Shown here: positions 27,601-39,646 of the stretch, in pieces
Layout of the letters: every line of letters begins with the position of its first letter
Position numbering within the stretch: the stretch's first letter is position 1
Assembly (NCBI RefSeq): GCF_006345805.1
Contig: NC_043000.1
Span: 56,544,001-56,608,000 of the forward strand
Origin: Octopus sinensis
Taxonomy: Eukaryota
Direction: 5' to 3'
DNA length: 64,000 bases
The notes under the pieces: model-generated
The model's input: the letters and a program-made list of their open reading frames with translations, nothing else
The model's database searches: none
What the model was told of the DNA's origin: nothing
Made by a program: the position numbers and the translations under genes

Positions 27601-27620
27601 TTTTATACAGCTCAGCCAAT
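27601..27620 (-). promoter_or_regulatory. Possible TATA box and inverted CCAAT box upstream of the PLE ORF
   Basis: The minus strand reads ATTGGCTGAGCTGTATAAAA about 75-90 nt upstream of the ATG at 27527. Motif evidence only. Confidence 0.25.
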
Positions 27621-27975
27621 TAGCACTCTGACAGAGATTCAGGAATATAAAAGGAGAGAAGACAAATTGAAAGGTTGATGTATATATTCATTCAATCCAT
27701 ATTAATGAAATTCTCCATGGTATACAATATACATACATAGATGCATTCATGTATATGATATATAAAATTTCTAAGAATTTATAAATACATACATATACAT
27801 GAAAATTTATAAATATATAAAAATTTATAGACATATAAAAATTTATAAACACATAAAAATTCATAAATATAAATATATAAAAATATAAGTCCATAAATGT
27901 ACCCCCGAAGTCCAAATGTTCAAATTTGAATCAATGAAGAGGAAGATAAAAAAGCGATTGTAAAATGATTCATAA

Positions 27976-28094
27976 GGAATCCAAAACATGTATAAGATCT
28001 TACAGCTGTTTCAAAAAGATATAGGTTGCTACGGGCAAGCTAACTCTAACCATAGCAATTCTCTATATTTCTCTCATCAGAGTTAATAGATTCC
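27976..28094 (-). ncRNA. Type I hammerhead ribozyme associated with the PLE (long stem II, minimal palindromic stem III)
   Basis: Minus strand: CTGATGA (28080-28074), stem II gagaaatatag..ttgctatgg/ccgtagcaa..ctatatcttttt, then GAAAC AGCT GTA with predicted cleavage after 28001. Proximal stem I is weak (one mismatch), with a distal ggaatc/gattcc pairing. Confidence 0.7.
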
Positions 28095-29054
28095 TGAGGT
28101 TAAAACTTTAAAAGAAATGGTAGGTTAGATGATTTTTAAAGACCAGATGTTTAATCGGGCCATTCTCTTCAAGCAGATGATGTTAAAGTGCATTACATCG
28201 CTATATATCATATAAAGTTTTAGAAGAGTCCATAATATGAAAGAAGGTTAGGTAGATAGTATCGTCTACTATAGCCCCAGGCTGATCAAAGCTTTGTAAG
28301 TGGGTTTGATAGGCGGAAACTGAAAAAATCCAGTTGTATACATGTATATACATTTGTGTGTGTGTGTGTGTGTGTGTGTGTGAGTTTATATCCCACCACC
28401 ACTTGAAGACCAGTATTGGTTTCAGCAAAAGGAGACCAATACGATAAGTACCAAACTTTAAAAAAATACAAAGGCTATTTGTTTGACTAAAACCTTCAAG
28501 GAGATACCTAAACATGGCCACAGTCTAATGACTGAAACTAGTAAAAGATAAAAGATAAAAAAGATATATAAACACACACACATATATATATATGTGTGTA
28601 TGTTTGTGTAGGTATATATTATGTGTATATTTGGGTATATGTGTGTGTGTGTATGCGAGTGCCTGTTTGTGTTTTCTCTTCATATTGCACAATAGTTGTA
28701 AATGATTTTCACCATCATACAACTGGTGTTGTTCATTTCCAGTCTGTGAGGGAAACATATCAGATCATGGGAAAAGATATCTTGTTTGGAAATGTGAGCA
28801 TTGGTGACACGAAGGGCATCAAATTTTAAAAACTTTTCCTTCTATGTTTTTTTCTTTTTTTTTGTGAGCATAAACCTAATTAAACTCTGTATTTTTCACC
28901 TTGTCTTTGTGTTATGTATAATCTACCTCAACAAATTCTGTCTCGCTCTTACAAGCATGGAAATTTGAAAATTTAGGACTATTTTAAAGTGTAAAATGCT
29001 ATGTGTGTGAAAGTATTCATGAATGTGTAGGTGTGTGTGTATGAGTATGTGTGT

Positions 29055-29141
<87 letters not shown>

Positions 29142-29529
29142 ATATGTGTGTACATATATATATACATATATATATGTATATATATATACATGTATATATA
29201 TATACATGTATGTGTGTATATATATATATATACACACATACATGTATGTATGTGTATATACACATACATGTATATATATATATATATCTGTATATGTATA
29301 CACACACACACACACACACACACAACAATTCTTATTGATAGGATGTTCAAAATGTCTCCATCTACAGCTTTATTCAAACTGTTTGAATAAGCTACACATG
29401 GTGAAACGCCAAAGTCACTAATGAAATTATCGCACATACATACACACACACATTTAGGTGTGTGTGTGTGTGTGTGTGTGTCTGTGTACACATGCATGTA
29501 TATATACATATATGTGTGTACACACACAT

Positions 29530-29575
<46 letters not shown>

Positions 29576-30449
29576 ACATGTTTTGGACTTTAAGTAGACA
29601 TGATTCTTCATACTTTAACCTTCACAACATCAGATATGTTGATGTATTTATATAGAAATTATGAAACAAAAGCTTACAACTTTCTTTTATAAGTTAAAAG
29701 TGGCTTTTTCTGGCACCATTAAAAAGCAAAAATAAGATATATGTCAACAAGGTTGTTAGCCACTTTGAACAAACAGCACTGTCTTTATGATGTTCAGATT
29801 TGGCTGACTTGAAGGATAAAGGTTTAAATACACATTAACAGCTATGATTAATAAGCTCCTAAACCCAATTGAGTCTCTCAAGCATTTTTTTAGCACTTTT
29901 CACAACTGATGACAGAAATAATTTTAAATCTGATATATGAATCACCAATGAATCTTTTTGGTAGAAATTTATTGATCTTTATGACATTTGAATGATATAT
30001 ATTTTTTAAACTTTGACATTATACAATATATTTCCATTTGGACATTTTCATTGGTTCCAGAAGTCGGTGATTTTTCTAGTTTGCCAGATGTCCCCTTCCT
30101 ATCACAAAGCCATTCTATTATTTTTCAACTGAATAACACAGGTTTTTGTTGTGGCTGTGTGGTTAAGACAATCTCTTTGCAACAACATGGTTGCAAGTTC
30201 AATCCTGCTATGCAGCATCTTTAGTATGTCTCTTCTGCTAAAGTTTCAGGTTGACCAATACCTTTTAAGTAGAATTTCATAAAATAAGATAAATTGTACA
30301 GTAGTCTGTTCTGTGTGTGTGCATGCACATGCTCACACACACACACACACAGAAATATATTTTATATGTATTACAGTTTTAGAATATGTACACCACCACA
30401 TCTCCACAAGTTATAAGAGGTAATTGAAAAAGTTGGCAACAGGAAAGGC

Positions 30450-32400
30450 AGCCATCCATTATCTGCATGTCATTTCTGGTGATGCCAGGATCATGACTTG
30501 CAGCTTCTCAATTTTAAATTTGGCTTCCATGCCTGAAATTCCTTCCACTAAAGATTCAGCTGTAATATCTAGATAATCAGCTTATAGGAGTTTCAACTAA
30601 CAGCCAGTCTTAAACTCCCCTGCAATGGCCTGTATGATTATGTGAAACAGGAGAGGACTGAGAACTGAGCATTGATGGAGCCTACCCTCATGCTAAATTT
30701 ATCATTGAAATTATTGTTGAGTCTCATTTTATTTACCATATCTATGAAAATAACTTGTATAACCCTCAAAATCTGTTCATCTATGCCTAATTTCCATAGT
30801 GACCACCAGCTTACAACGTGTGGCAACAGGTCAAAGACCTTCTCCAGGTCAACAAATGCTAAGCATAGCAGTTTGCTCTTAGCCAAGTATGTCTTCAGCA
30901 GTTATCTCACTAGGAAGATTGCATCTGCGGTACCTCTGTTGGGTACAAAGCCAAACTACATTTCATCTGATATAGCTCCCTTTCTGATCAATTGTGCCTT
31001 AACTTTCTCCATGACCTTGGGCCATGGCTAGACCAACATTTTAATATCTCAGTAATTCTCTCTCTGTAAGACTTCTCCTTTGCTCATATAGCAGCTTGCA
31101 ACGATGTTACTATGCCAGTTATCATGCATGCTACCTTCCTGTAATACTTCATTTACTATGTGGGTGATAATCATGTGCTCTTTCTTAAGCAGATATTTTG
31201 AACATCTCTGCAATAATTCCCAAAATGAGATGTAAAATAGTAAACTGTAATTCCAATTGTCCACGACAGAAATGAATAAGAGTGTATGCAAGACAACAGT
31301 CCCAAGGTGGAAAAGAATAAATCCATAAAATGAGTCAATGTATAAAATATATCACCTGGCAGAGTCAATAAAGTGTTCAGCATCTTTCTCTACCTTCATG
31401 TCTTTAATCACCTTATCCACCACATTACCATCAATCAGAATTGCTGATTCCCTTGTTTGGTCAATATAATATAGCCCTTCCCTTATCCTATGAAATCTTC
31501 ATGTTAAACAGCCTATCATAATGACACTTCGATATCTCTTTCTTTCTTGTTATTGACAATAATAGCAAGTATGCCTTCATTATTTGGATAGAATTCTCCC
31601 CACTGATGCCTCAGTTCTAGATATAATGTAGGAACAAATAATGATATTGTGCCCAGATAATGATGTTAATAACAAACAAAAAATATTGCAATAATTCCCA
31701 AAATGAGATATAAAATGGTAAACTGTAATTCCAATTGTCCGTGATGGAAATAAATAAGACTATACTCAAGAAAAGAGTCCCAGGGTGAAAAAGAATAAAT
31801 TCATGAAATGAGCCAATGTGTAAAATATATTACCTGATAGAGTCAACGAAGTGTCACCCAATTGGATGAATAGGTATAAGCTAAAATGATAAATGAAGTG
31901 TGAGTAGGAAAATGTCACCAGATAGAATCATACCACATGATTGGATGAACAAAAATAGACAATTAACAAACAAAGTTTTTTGTTGAATAACCCCAGTTGT
32001 CTCAGTTCTCTCTAACATTCTGTTGCACAATCAATCCAGAACACCTCCTGTCCCTAGGCCACATGAGGAAGAATATTTTCAAAACTCTTCCTTTCTGATT
32101 CTCCCTTAACCAGATGTACCTAACACCAAAATGCCATTGCAGCTACTTTATAAAGTTCTCTGCTACTAGCTTTTTTCATTCCAAGCCTGTCTCTGAGCTT
32201 TTACAGCTTTCTCTCTACCATGTCCTTCCGATGCCATGTCATCTTTGGTTTGATTAAGACTTTGCATCAGTCACATGTCTGATCTGGAACCATCAGCAAG
32301 CTATCTCATAGGATCTCCCAGTTGCCATTCATGTTATAAGTATCAAACTCTTTTTACCTTAAATTCATATGCATCAATTAGAATTTCTCAAATCCTTAAA
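30450..32400 (-). mobile_element. Highly decayed RTE LINE reverse transcriptase region with internal insertions
   Basis: GFVP.RGTADAIFLVR, AKSKLLCLAFVDLEKVFDLLP..WWSLWKLGIDE, QFSVLS and LL*ADYL (YADD remnant ~30575-30590). Interrupted by a duplicated ~168-bp sequence; the upstream boundary is approximate. Confidence 0.75.
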
Positions 32401-33684
32401 CCTATGACCAACTGCAGATTAGGTTTTCTGTCTCTGTATTGCCTTCTATCTCAGTGTCTTCCAAGCCCTGACACTAAAGTAACTAGCCACTAATCTATAG
32501 CATTCTTCACCAAGAAAGGTTTTGGTATTTACAATGGCCCGACTTACCCATTTCTTAGTGTAAATGAAATGTGTGTGTGTGTGTGTGTGTGTGCATGTGC
32601 CCTTTTCTTTCTCCATTTTTTCTCCCTTCATCTATTCTTTCTAGAGAAGAGCATATGCTCAAAATCTATAAACTTTTCCTTCTATTTTTTATTTTGTGAG
32701 CATAAACCTAATTATATTCTGTATTTTTCACCTTGTCTTTGTGTTACATATAATTTTTAAAATGTTTTTATATAATTTTTGTACCACACACACAAATTAT
32801 ATACACCCACATATAATGTACACACAAATACAATCACATACCTTTTGCTGTGAGTGAACTTCCCTGTTATCAAATTGGTTATTGTTTACATAAACAACAG
32901 AGTTCACCCCATCCCCTAACCAAAAGCTACACTATCCACACAAATGAAAACACAAATCTATGAATTTGCATATGCACATATGCTTAGGTATACACCTATG
33001 AGGAAATACTTTAAAAAGACCAGTGTAATATATACACCATATGCAAGTGTATGTAGTGGTGATGGTGGCTGATGATGATGATGATGATGATGATGACAAC
33101 GCTGATAATGTTGATAATGATATAATACACTTTAGAATAAAATTTACTTTGTAATAAACAAATGACCTCTCCTAGGAGTTGAAAAAAAAAATTATCGTAT
33201 TTACGATTCTAAACATTCAAGTTTGTCTTTGAATGCATTTGAATGTTGAGGTTGGGGAAGACAGAAGTGGTGGGGGGGGGGGAATAAGTTTAAAAACAAA
33301 AAAAAATGAAATGAATTGAAAACATATGCTGTTTGAATTGAGTTCCATGGTATCTTAGCAAAAAAAGTGTTTCCATTTTTTATAAACAAAAAAAAATTGA
33401 AATGTCCTATAAAACAATAGTGATAAACAGTTGTCACATGATGGCCCACCCCTACTTACACAACCTAAAAGTAACAAAAACAAAAAAAGACAAATTAAAA
33501 GTTTTAAAAACCTAAAATGGTATCTTTACTTCAATGCTGTTAAATGCAAAAATATATATAAATGTTGTATGTGTGTGTGTGTACGTACATGTGTGTGTCT
33601 ATGCATATATATATATATATATGTATGTATGTCTGAATGTATGTGTATACATCTATATATGTGAGTACGTGTGTGTGTATATAC

Positions 33685-33731
<47 letters not shown>

Positions 33732-34394
33732 ATCAATTCAAATATATCTTGCAAGTATTGATTATTTTCTCAATATTATAGATAACAAACACCAAACGTC
33801 AATGTTTGACTTGCATTTTTTTTTTTTCACTTCCTAAACAGGATAAATTTCTGAGACTTCAGAAAACATCAGGAATGAAAAATTGGGAGGTGGTTGGAGT
33901 GGATGCAAAAAGAAAAAGAAAAAGAAAAAGAAAAAAGATTTTTTAAAAACAGAGCAGGAAAGGGAAAAAGAAAGAAAGAAAAGAAAGTAAGAATTTGTCA
34001 AGTTTTTTTTTTCCACTTCCTATGCCCTTCTACTATATGTAATATATTACATTTGGTCCCAGGTTCGGAGACAAATAAATAAAGAACACAGATGAAGTAT
34101 AGGAAAGGTTTGATGCAAAAAAATTGAAAGAAGAGGAGGGTGAAGAAGATGAGAAGGTGGTACATTTGACCATACTTGGTAGGACATGGTTCAGACAAGA
34201 TATAATCATTCATACAATCTCAAAAAGACATTATTTTAATATTTTTACTCTCAAGAAACTATGATAGCCTAAGCAAAACCAAAGAACTGAAGAATTGCAT
34301 TGTTTTCATTCTCAGGAACATTGTATCTAGGACCATTTTATGCAATGTGGCCCTTGTGTTTTTGTTTTGTTCTGTTTTTTTTTTGTTTTTTAAG

Positions 34395-34441
34395 ATGTTT
34401 AGAGAGAATTGGATACCAGGAGGATCTGGTGGATATTTCTG
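34395..34441 (+). CDS. Candidate 47-nt coding exon
   Basis: Long polypyrimidine tract ending ttttttaag| and consensus donor CTG|GTAAGT; open as CLERIGYQEDLVDIS (phase 2 to 1) or MFRENWIPGGSGGYF. Confidence 0.35.
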
Positions 34442-35639
34442 GTAAGTTAAATGACAACATGGAGGCTCTGTCGTCAGTTCATTTACAATGTTGGTTTATA
34501 TATATATATATATATATATGTCTGTGACAGGAATTGAACCTGGAAACTTTATTTAACAACTGGCCTTGCTGTTCTAAAGCCGGAACCAACGTCACATTTT
34601 AGAACAACAGCAATAAGGCTTAAGGGGAAAATTTTGCTTACTAAATACAAATACAGTCAAGTGTCAGACATGTGGTGATTTGAGCAGGCAAAAGCACCCC
34701 AAGCTTGCTTCCCAACCACAAGGTTCCAGGTTCAGTCCCACTGCATGGCACCATGGCCAAGTGTCTTATACTATAGCCCTATGCTGACCAAAGCCTTGTG
34801 AGTGGATTTGGTAGAAAGAAACTGAAAAGTAGCCTGTTGTGTGTGTGTCCACCACCGCTTGACAACCAGTGTTGGTGTGTTTACATACCTGTAACTTAGT
34901 GGTTTAACAAAAGGGATCAATAAAATAAGTACCAGGCTTTAAAAAAAGTACTCTGGTTGATTCATTTGACTAAAGTTCTTCAAGGCAGTGCCCCAGCATG
35001 GCCACAGTCTAATGACTGAAACAAGTGCAAGATAAAAGATATCCAGTTTCATAATTTATCAGTGATTATATCAATTATTTTTATTTGGGGTGGTGCTATT
35101 TTAAAGATGTTTGTATAGGTTAATCTATAAGAATTCTAAAAGACACAAAAAAAAAATTACATCAGTTGTTCTTAAAATAACATCCTCCAGCATTTAGTCT
35201 ATCTCAGGGAATATCACCTGCCTGAAGATGATTGGAGAGAAGACAGACAGACATAGCATGTCAATATTGATGAGGATAACCATTCAAGTTGAGAAATGTA
35301 ATCCAAAGGCAAACATTCAGAGTTATATTATGAAGATCTATTTTTCAAAGTCAACATTTTGAGGTAGTATCAGGAAATCTCCAGACCACAACTGACCCTT
35401 TGGAATACAAACTGGGAATGACTGGCCCAAATATTCTAAGTGTTCTATGCTAAAACTGACCAGATCCAACATTTTATACCTGCTCTACAATATCATTCTA
35501 AAAATATACAAACACATCATCAAAATCTTGAAACCACAAGATGATGCATGATTAATTTTAAAAAATGTAAATAAATAAGCAATACATTTGACAAAGAAAT
35601 CTGAATGCAAAAGGGTTTTTTAAATGTACACCAGTATTC

Positions 35640-36405
35640 TAATAAATAATGCTTTATACACATTCTTTATATTTTGACACCATCCTCTTTGAAGTACACA
35701 GCAATCCCAGTGTATTTTCATTGCTACAAAAGTATCATTGAAATTCTGACTCTAAAGGTCATCTAATACTGTCTGTCACTGCTTTTAAGTTTCATCCTCA
35801 TCCCAAAGTAGTGTTCCTTCAGTTTTAAGTACACTTTGCAAAGCACAGCAAAGTCCCAGAGGGATTTGTCAGTTAAGCACACAGAAACGAATTTCACAGC
35901 AATGTGATGCATGTTCAGGTTTTCTGTATGAATATCCTGGTAATCACCATAATTAATTCTAATCATATGAAGTAGCTGGTGGATTGTTTGACAAAAGTCT
36001 TCAGGAATGACTTTATAGATTTTTATCCATATCTTCTGACATTTTGGTAGTCATAATCACCCTGAACCTGTCTTGGTTCAGAGTTATTAATCTTGAAATG
36101 TGAATATTACTCAAAAACCTCTCTTCAATCTAAGGAAATTTCTCCAAAACTCTAAGAACTATTTCAAGGGTCTTGGTAGCAGACTTGCAGGATTCTGTGC
36201 AAAATCTTATATATCCATTGTACAAATCACAGATCTATTTTAACACAATGTTATAAAACTTTGTGTACAGAACTGAGCTCATAGCTAGCATGAAGCCTAT
36301 TTATAGACTAATTAACTAGGGAAGTCATCAATGCTCATCGGTTGCATGTACATTTCAAATGAGCAGTGCAATCACAGCAGTTCATAAACTTTCTGATAAT
36401 ATATT
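35640..36405 (-). mobile_element. Decayed, internally deleted mariner-like element
   Basis: ORF 35763..35966 INYGDYQDIHTENLNMHHIAVKFVSVCLTDKS resembles mariner ISYGS.Q.ILT..L.M..VAAKFVP..LT, and is followed by KLKEHYF and a YFKED-like C-terminus. Ends approximate. Confidence 0.5.
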
Positions 36406-36419
36406 CCAGTATTCTTTTA

Positions 36420-36620
36420 TTCTTTTATTCGTTTCAGTCATTTGACTGTGGCCATGCTGGAGCACAGCCTTTAGTCAAGCAAATCGACCCCAGGACTTAT
36501 TTTTTGTAAGCCTAGTACTTATTCTATCGGTCTCTCTTGCCGAACCGCTAAGTCACAGGGATGTAAACACACCATCATCGGTTGTCAAGCAATGTTGGCG
36601 GGACAAACACAGACACACAA

Positions 36621-36675
<55 letters not shown>

Positions 36676-37162
36676 AATACTAATTCGAGACAAAACCACT
36701 ATTTTGCAAAACAAACAAGGAAAGACTTAATCAATACATAAAAAATTTTAATATAAAGAAATAAACCGCCACTACAATCGTTTCAGTAGTGGCGGTTTAT
36801 TTCTTTATATTAAAATTTTTTATGTATTGATTAAGTCTTTCCTTGTTTGTTTTGCAAAATAGTGGTTTTGTCTCGAATTAATATTATATAATATTTTACT
36901 ATAAAATTGGATTTAATCCTAAATCTGATTTTTTCCCTGTAAATTTGGATTTATTCCCTAATATTTATTATTATTATATATATATATATATATATATATA
37001 AATATACAACGGGCTTCTTTCAGTTTCTGTCTACCAAATCCATTCGCAAGGCTTTGGTCGGCCCAAGGCTGTAGTAGAAGACACTTGCCCAAGGTGCCAT
37101 GCAGTGGGACTGAACCCAGAACCATGTGGTTGGAAAGCAAGCTACTTACCACACAGCCACTC
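36420..37162 (-). mobile_element. Family A SINE with a palindromic element inserted in its central (TA)n
   Basis: The SINE 3' part (36420-36625) and 5' part (37005-37162) match the intact copy at 45316-45716; the insert spans ~36671-36975. Confidence 0.85.
36681..36880. repeat. Perfect inverted repeat, 95-bp arms, 10-nt loop
   Basis: 36681-36775 is the exact reverse complement of 36786-36880 (checked base by base); loop AATCGTTTCA. Confidence 0.95.
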
Positions 37163-37264
37163 ATATATTTTTTAAAGCTATATTGAAATTGTTTTGTTAT
37201 GCAGATCCATAAGAATTATAAGAGGCAAAAACAAAAATTATAAGAGGCAAAGAAGTACATTTAC

Positions 37265-37322
37265 TCAGAAATGTACAACACCAATTCCTTCAAGAAATCA
37301 TGTAACAGCTGATCTATAACAG
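37265..37322 (-). CDS. Candidate 58-nt coding exon
   Basis: Minus strand ttCTAAC..tattattcag|..TCTGA|gtaaat; reads VIDQLLHDFLKELVLYIS (phase 1 to 2), an amphipathic helix-like sequence. Confidence 0.25.
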
Positions 37323-38231
37323 CTGAATAATAGTAACACTTGTGGTTAGAAATTTATCCTGCACAATAATCTAGACATAATCCAGTCAATATTTACAGAT
37401 TTCCTGACGCTTGAATATGGCAAAAATACTTTTGACATAAGATTTCTTAAATCATAAAGCTATTGGAGATAATCATTTGACCTTTACATAGAATTGCACA
37501 GACTACATAAAAATTAAAATAACAACAACAATAACAATAATAATAATAATAATACCATGAAAAACAGTCAATAAATCTCTGATTTATTGACAAAAACAAA
37601 ACGGTTGGAGCTGAGCAGAATTGTATATTAACATTCTAAACTTTAAAACAAGAACCAAAAAAAAAAAAAAAAAAACAACACACAACAAAATTTTAAGAAA
37701 CAAGTGAAAATATTTTTAAATATTTGCCTATTACTTTTGTGAAGTACTTGAAAATATTTCAAGAAGAGAAATTCAAGAGTATGGTACATTTTGATAATTA
37801 AACTTCATGTTTGGTAATCAATGACGTTTGAGAAATCAATTATATCCACACAATTTTCTTTCTCCTTATATAGAAATTTATAACAGCAAATAATGATAAA
37901 GATGACAATGATAATGATGGAGATCGTGATGATAATGATAATGATGATGATGATAATGATAATGATAATGACGATAATGATAATGACAATTTGCCACAAG
38001 AGCTCATTCATTCGATACAAAGTGTGTTATAAAAGGAATTACAAGATGGATAGGGATACATAAAATATATAGAAATATATATATATAATTCTTTTTTTTT
38101 TTTAATGTCTTGAAGCACACAGAAAATCAACCATAATAGCATGTAAATAAATATTGAGTTGAAAAACCCTTTGGATAGAAAAAATAAAAGGCTTTTGGAA
38201 CATGCTGCACCTTGCAACATCATAGGGTTTG

Positions 38232-38273
<42 letters not shown>

Positions 38274-38384
38274 ATAAAGTTAATCCAAACAAGAAAACAC
38301 AGAAAAAAACACAGAAAAAACACAGCAACGCGAGGACGTGGAACAAATAAAGTATTATTTGATGCTCAGGAAAGAAGGGAAGGA

Positions 38385-38427
<43 letters not shown>

Positions 38428-38428
38428 G

Positions 38429-38500
<72 letters not shown>

Positions 38501-38682
38501 TAGAACCAGCACAAATACACACACACACACACACATTAGTACATATATGAGTGTGTGAATGTATCCCTCAAAAGCACTTTCACTCACACGTATACACATG
38601 GCAGAACTTCCGCCTACCAAATTTACTCAGAAGGCTTTGGTTAGCCCAAGGCTATAGTAGAAGACAATAGCACAAGGTGCTG

Positions 38683-38713
<31 letters not shown>

Positions 38714-39261
38714 TGCTTTGTGTGTGCATGTGTGCTACCTATGTATGTACTGGTTCTACCAATACAGCTGTGCTCATATCAGGTCACCACCATCAAAACA
38801 ACAACTGCTCTGCAACTAATCACACACACACGCACTCGCATGTAATGTGCACACATATTACATACACTACAGGTAGAGATGAACAATTTCACAAACAGGC
38901 ACAGACAGGCACAAACAGAAACAAACAGCAAATCATATCATGGTGACTACAGAGTGTCATATTCTGTATTATCAAAGGCAAAAATTAAATTTATTTGGAC
39001 AATTTTCCACTGGAGTTTTACAACGATTTCCATTTAGATCATGAAGCCAGTTTATACAGGTTAGCTAAGAGAATTTACAATCTACATCCATGAATTTGGA
39101 GCAACACCAAGAGGAATTGATCAAAAGAAATTACAGCAGAATACATGACTGAATATTTGGAAGCAAATATTGAGATCTTGTGTGACAGTTTATCTCACTA
39201 TATAATGTAACCACCTACAACTATATAGCTATATCTCCACCCTTCTCATGCTCTGTTATGA

Positions 39262-39302
<41 letters not shown>

Positions 39303-39507
39303 AGATAGTGGTGTCATTCAGACCCAAAGGTGTCAGGTAATGCAGAATAAGTGCTATAGACAGACCATAGGTAAGTTCCAGATTCGGTAATATTGCGAAT
39401 AAAGGGTTCAATGTTGGTTCTATGTCAGCGTGTGTATATAAGAATTTTTTGTGTAATAAAATAAAAAACCAAGGCTGTATAGATATTAGAGCATTTATAG
39501 ATAGAAG

Positions 39508-39559
39508 GTCTTACAGCTGTTTCTAGGATATTAATTAATAATATCCCTTCATCGGAGAT
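39508..39559 (-). ncRNA. Minimal hammerhead ribozyme, variant core (CCGATGA)
   Basis: Minus strand: atct CCGATGA agggatattattaattaatatccta GAAAC AGCT GTA agac; U4 to C substitution in the core. Confidence 0.6.
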
Positions 39560-39594
39560 GGTACTAACTATGACTTAATTTTTCCTCTCACACT

Positions 39595-39646
39595 GTCTCT
39601 GATGAAGGGACATTATTAATTAATATCTTAGAAACAGCTGTAAGAC
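39595..39646 (+). ncRNA. Minimal type I hammerhead ribozyme, canonical core
   Basis: gtct CTGATGA agggacattattaattaatatctta GAAAC AGCT GTA|agac: stem I gtct/agac, intact CUGAUGA and GAAA, palindromic ACAGCUGU stem III, predicted cleavage after A39642. Confidence 0.85.

Larger units (their letters stand above)
26087..27924. repeat. 123-bp direct repeat pair (26087-26209 and 27802-27924) bracketing the PLE ORF
   Basis: Near-identical AT-rich copies built from ~18-bp units and ending ATGTACC.C..AAGTCCAAATGTTCAAA. Both show up as near-identical ORFs (25943..26200 and 27688..27915). Consistent with a PLE pseudo-LTR or partial tandem. Confidence 0.85.

Noticed and set aside
29342-29400. Possible plus exon [20 protein letters not shown] between microsatellites
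   Set aside because: Weak acceptor tract and weak donor (GTGAAA); the phase does not fit neighbouring candidates.
32630-32750. Hairpin GAGC-ATAT-GCTC with CTAGAGAA/AAAA flanks, like a decayed hammerhead; downstream part repeated at ~28820-28920
   Set aside because: Neither CUGANGA nor GAAA is intact, so a ribozyme cannot be supported; at most an old repeat end.
33842-33889. Possible plus exon DKFLRLQKTSGMKNWE
   Set aside because: Good acceptor but poor donor (GTGGTT); no independent support.
38930-39210. Coding-like stretch (..HIMVTTECH.., YLDNFPLEFYNDFHLDHEASLYRLAKRIY..)
   Set aside because: Broken by stops in every frame with no identifiable family; possibly an old TE remnant.
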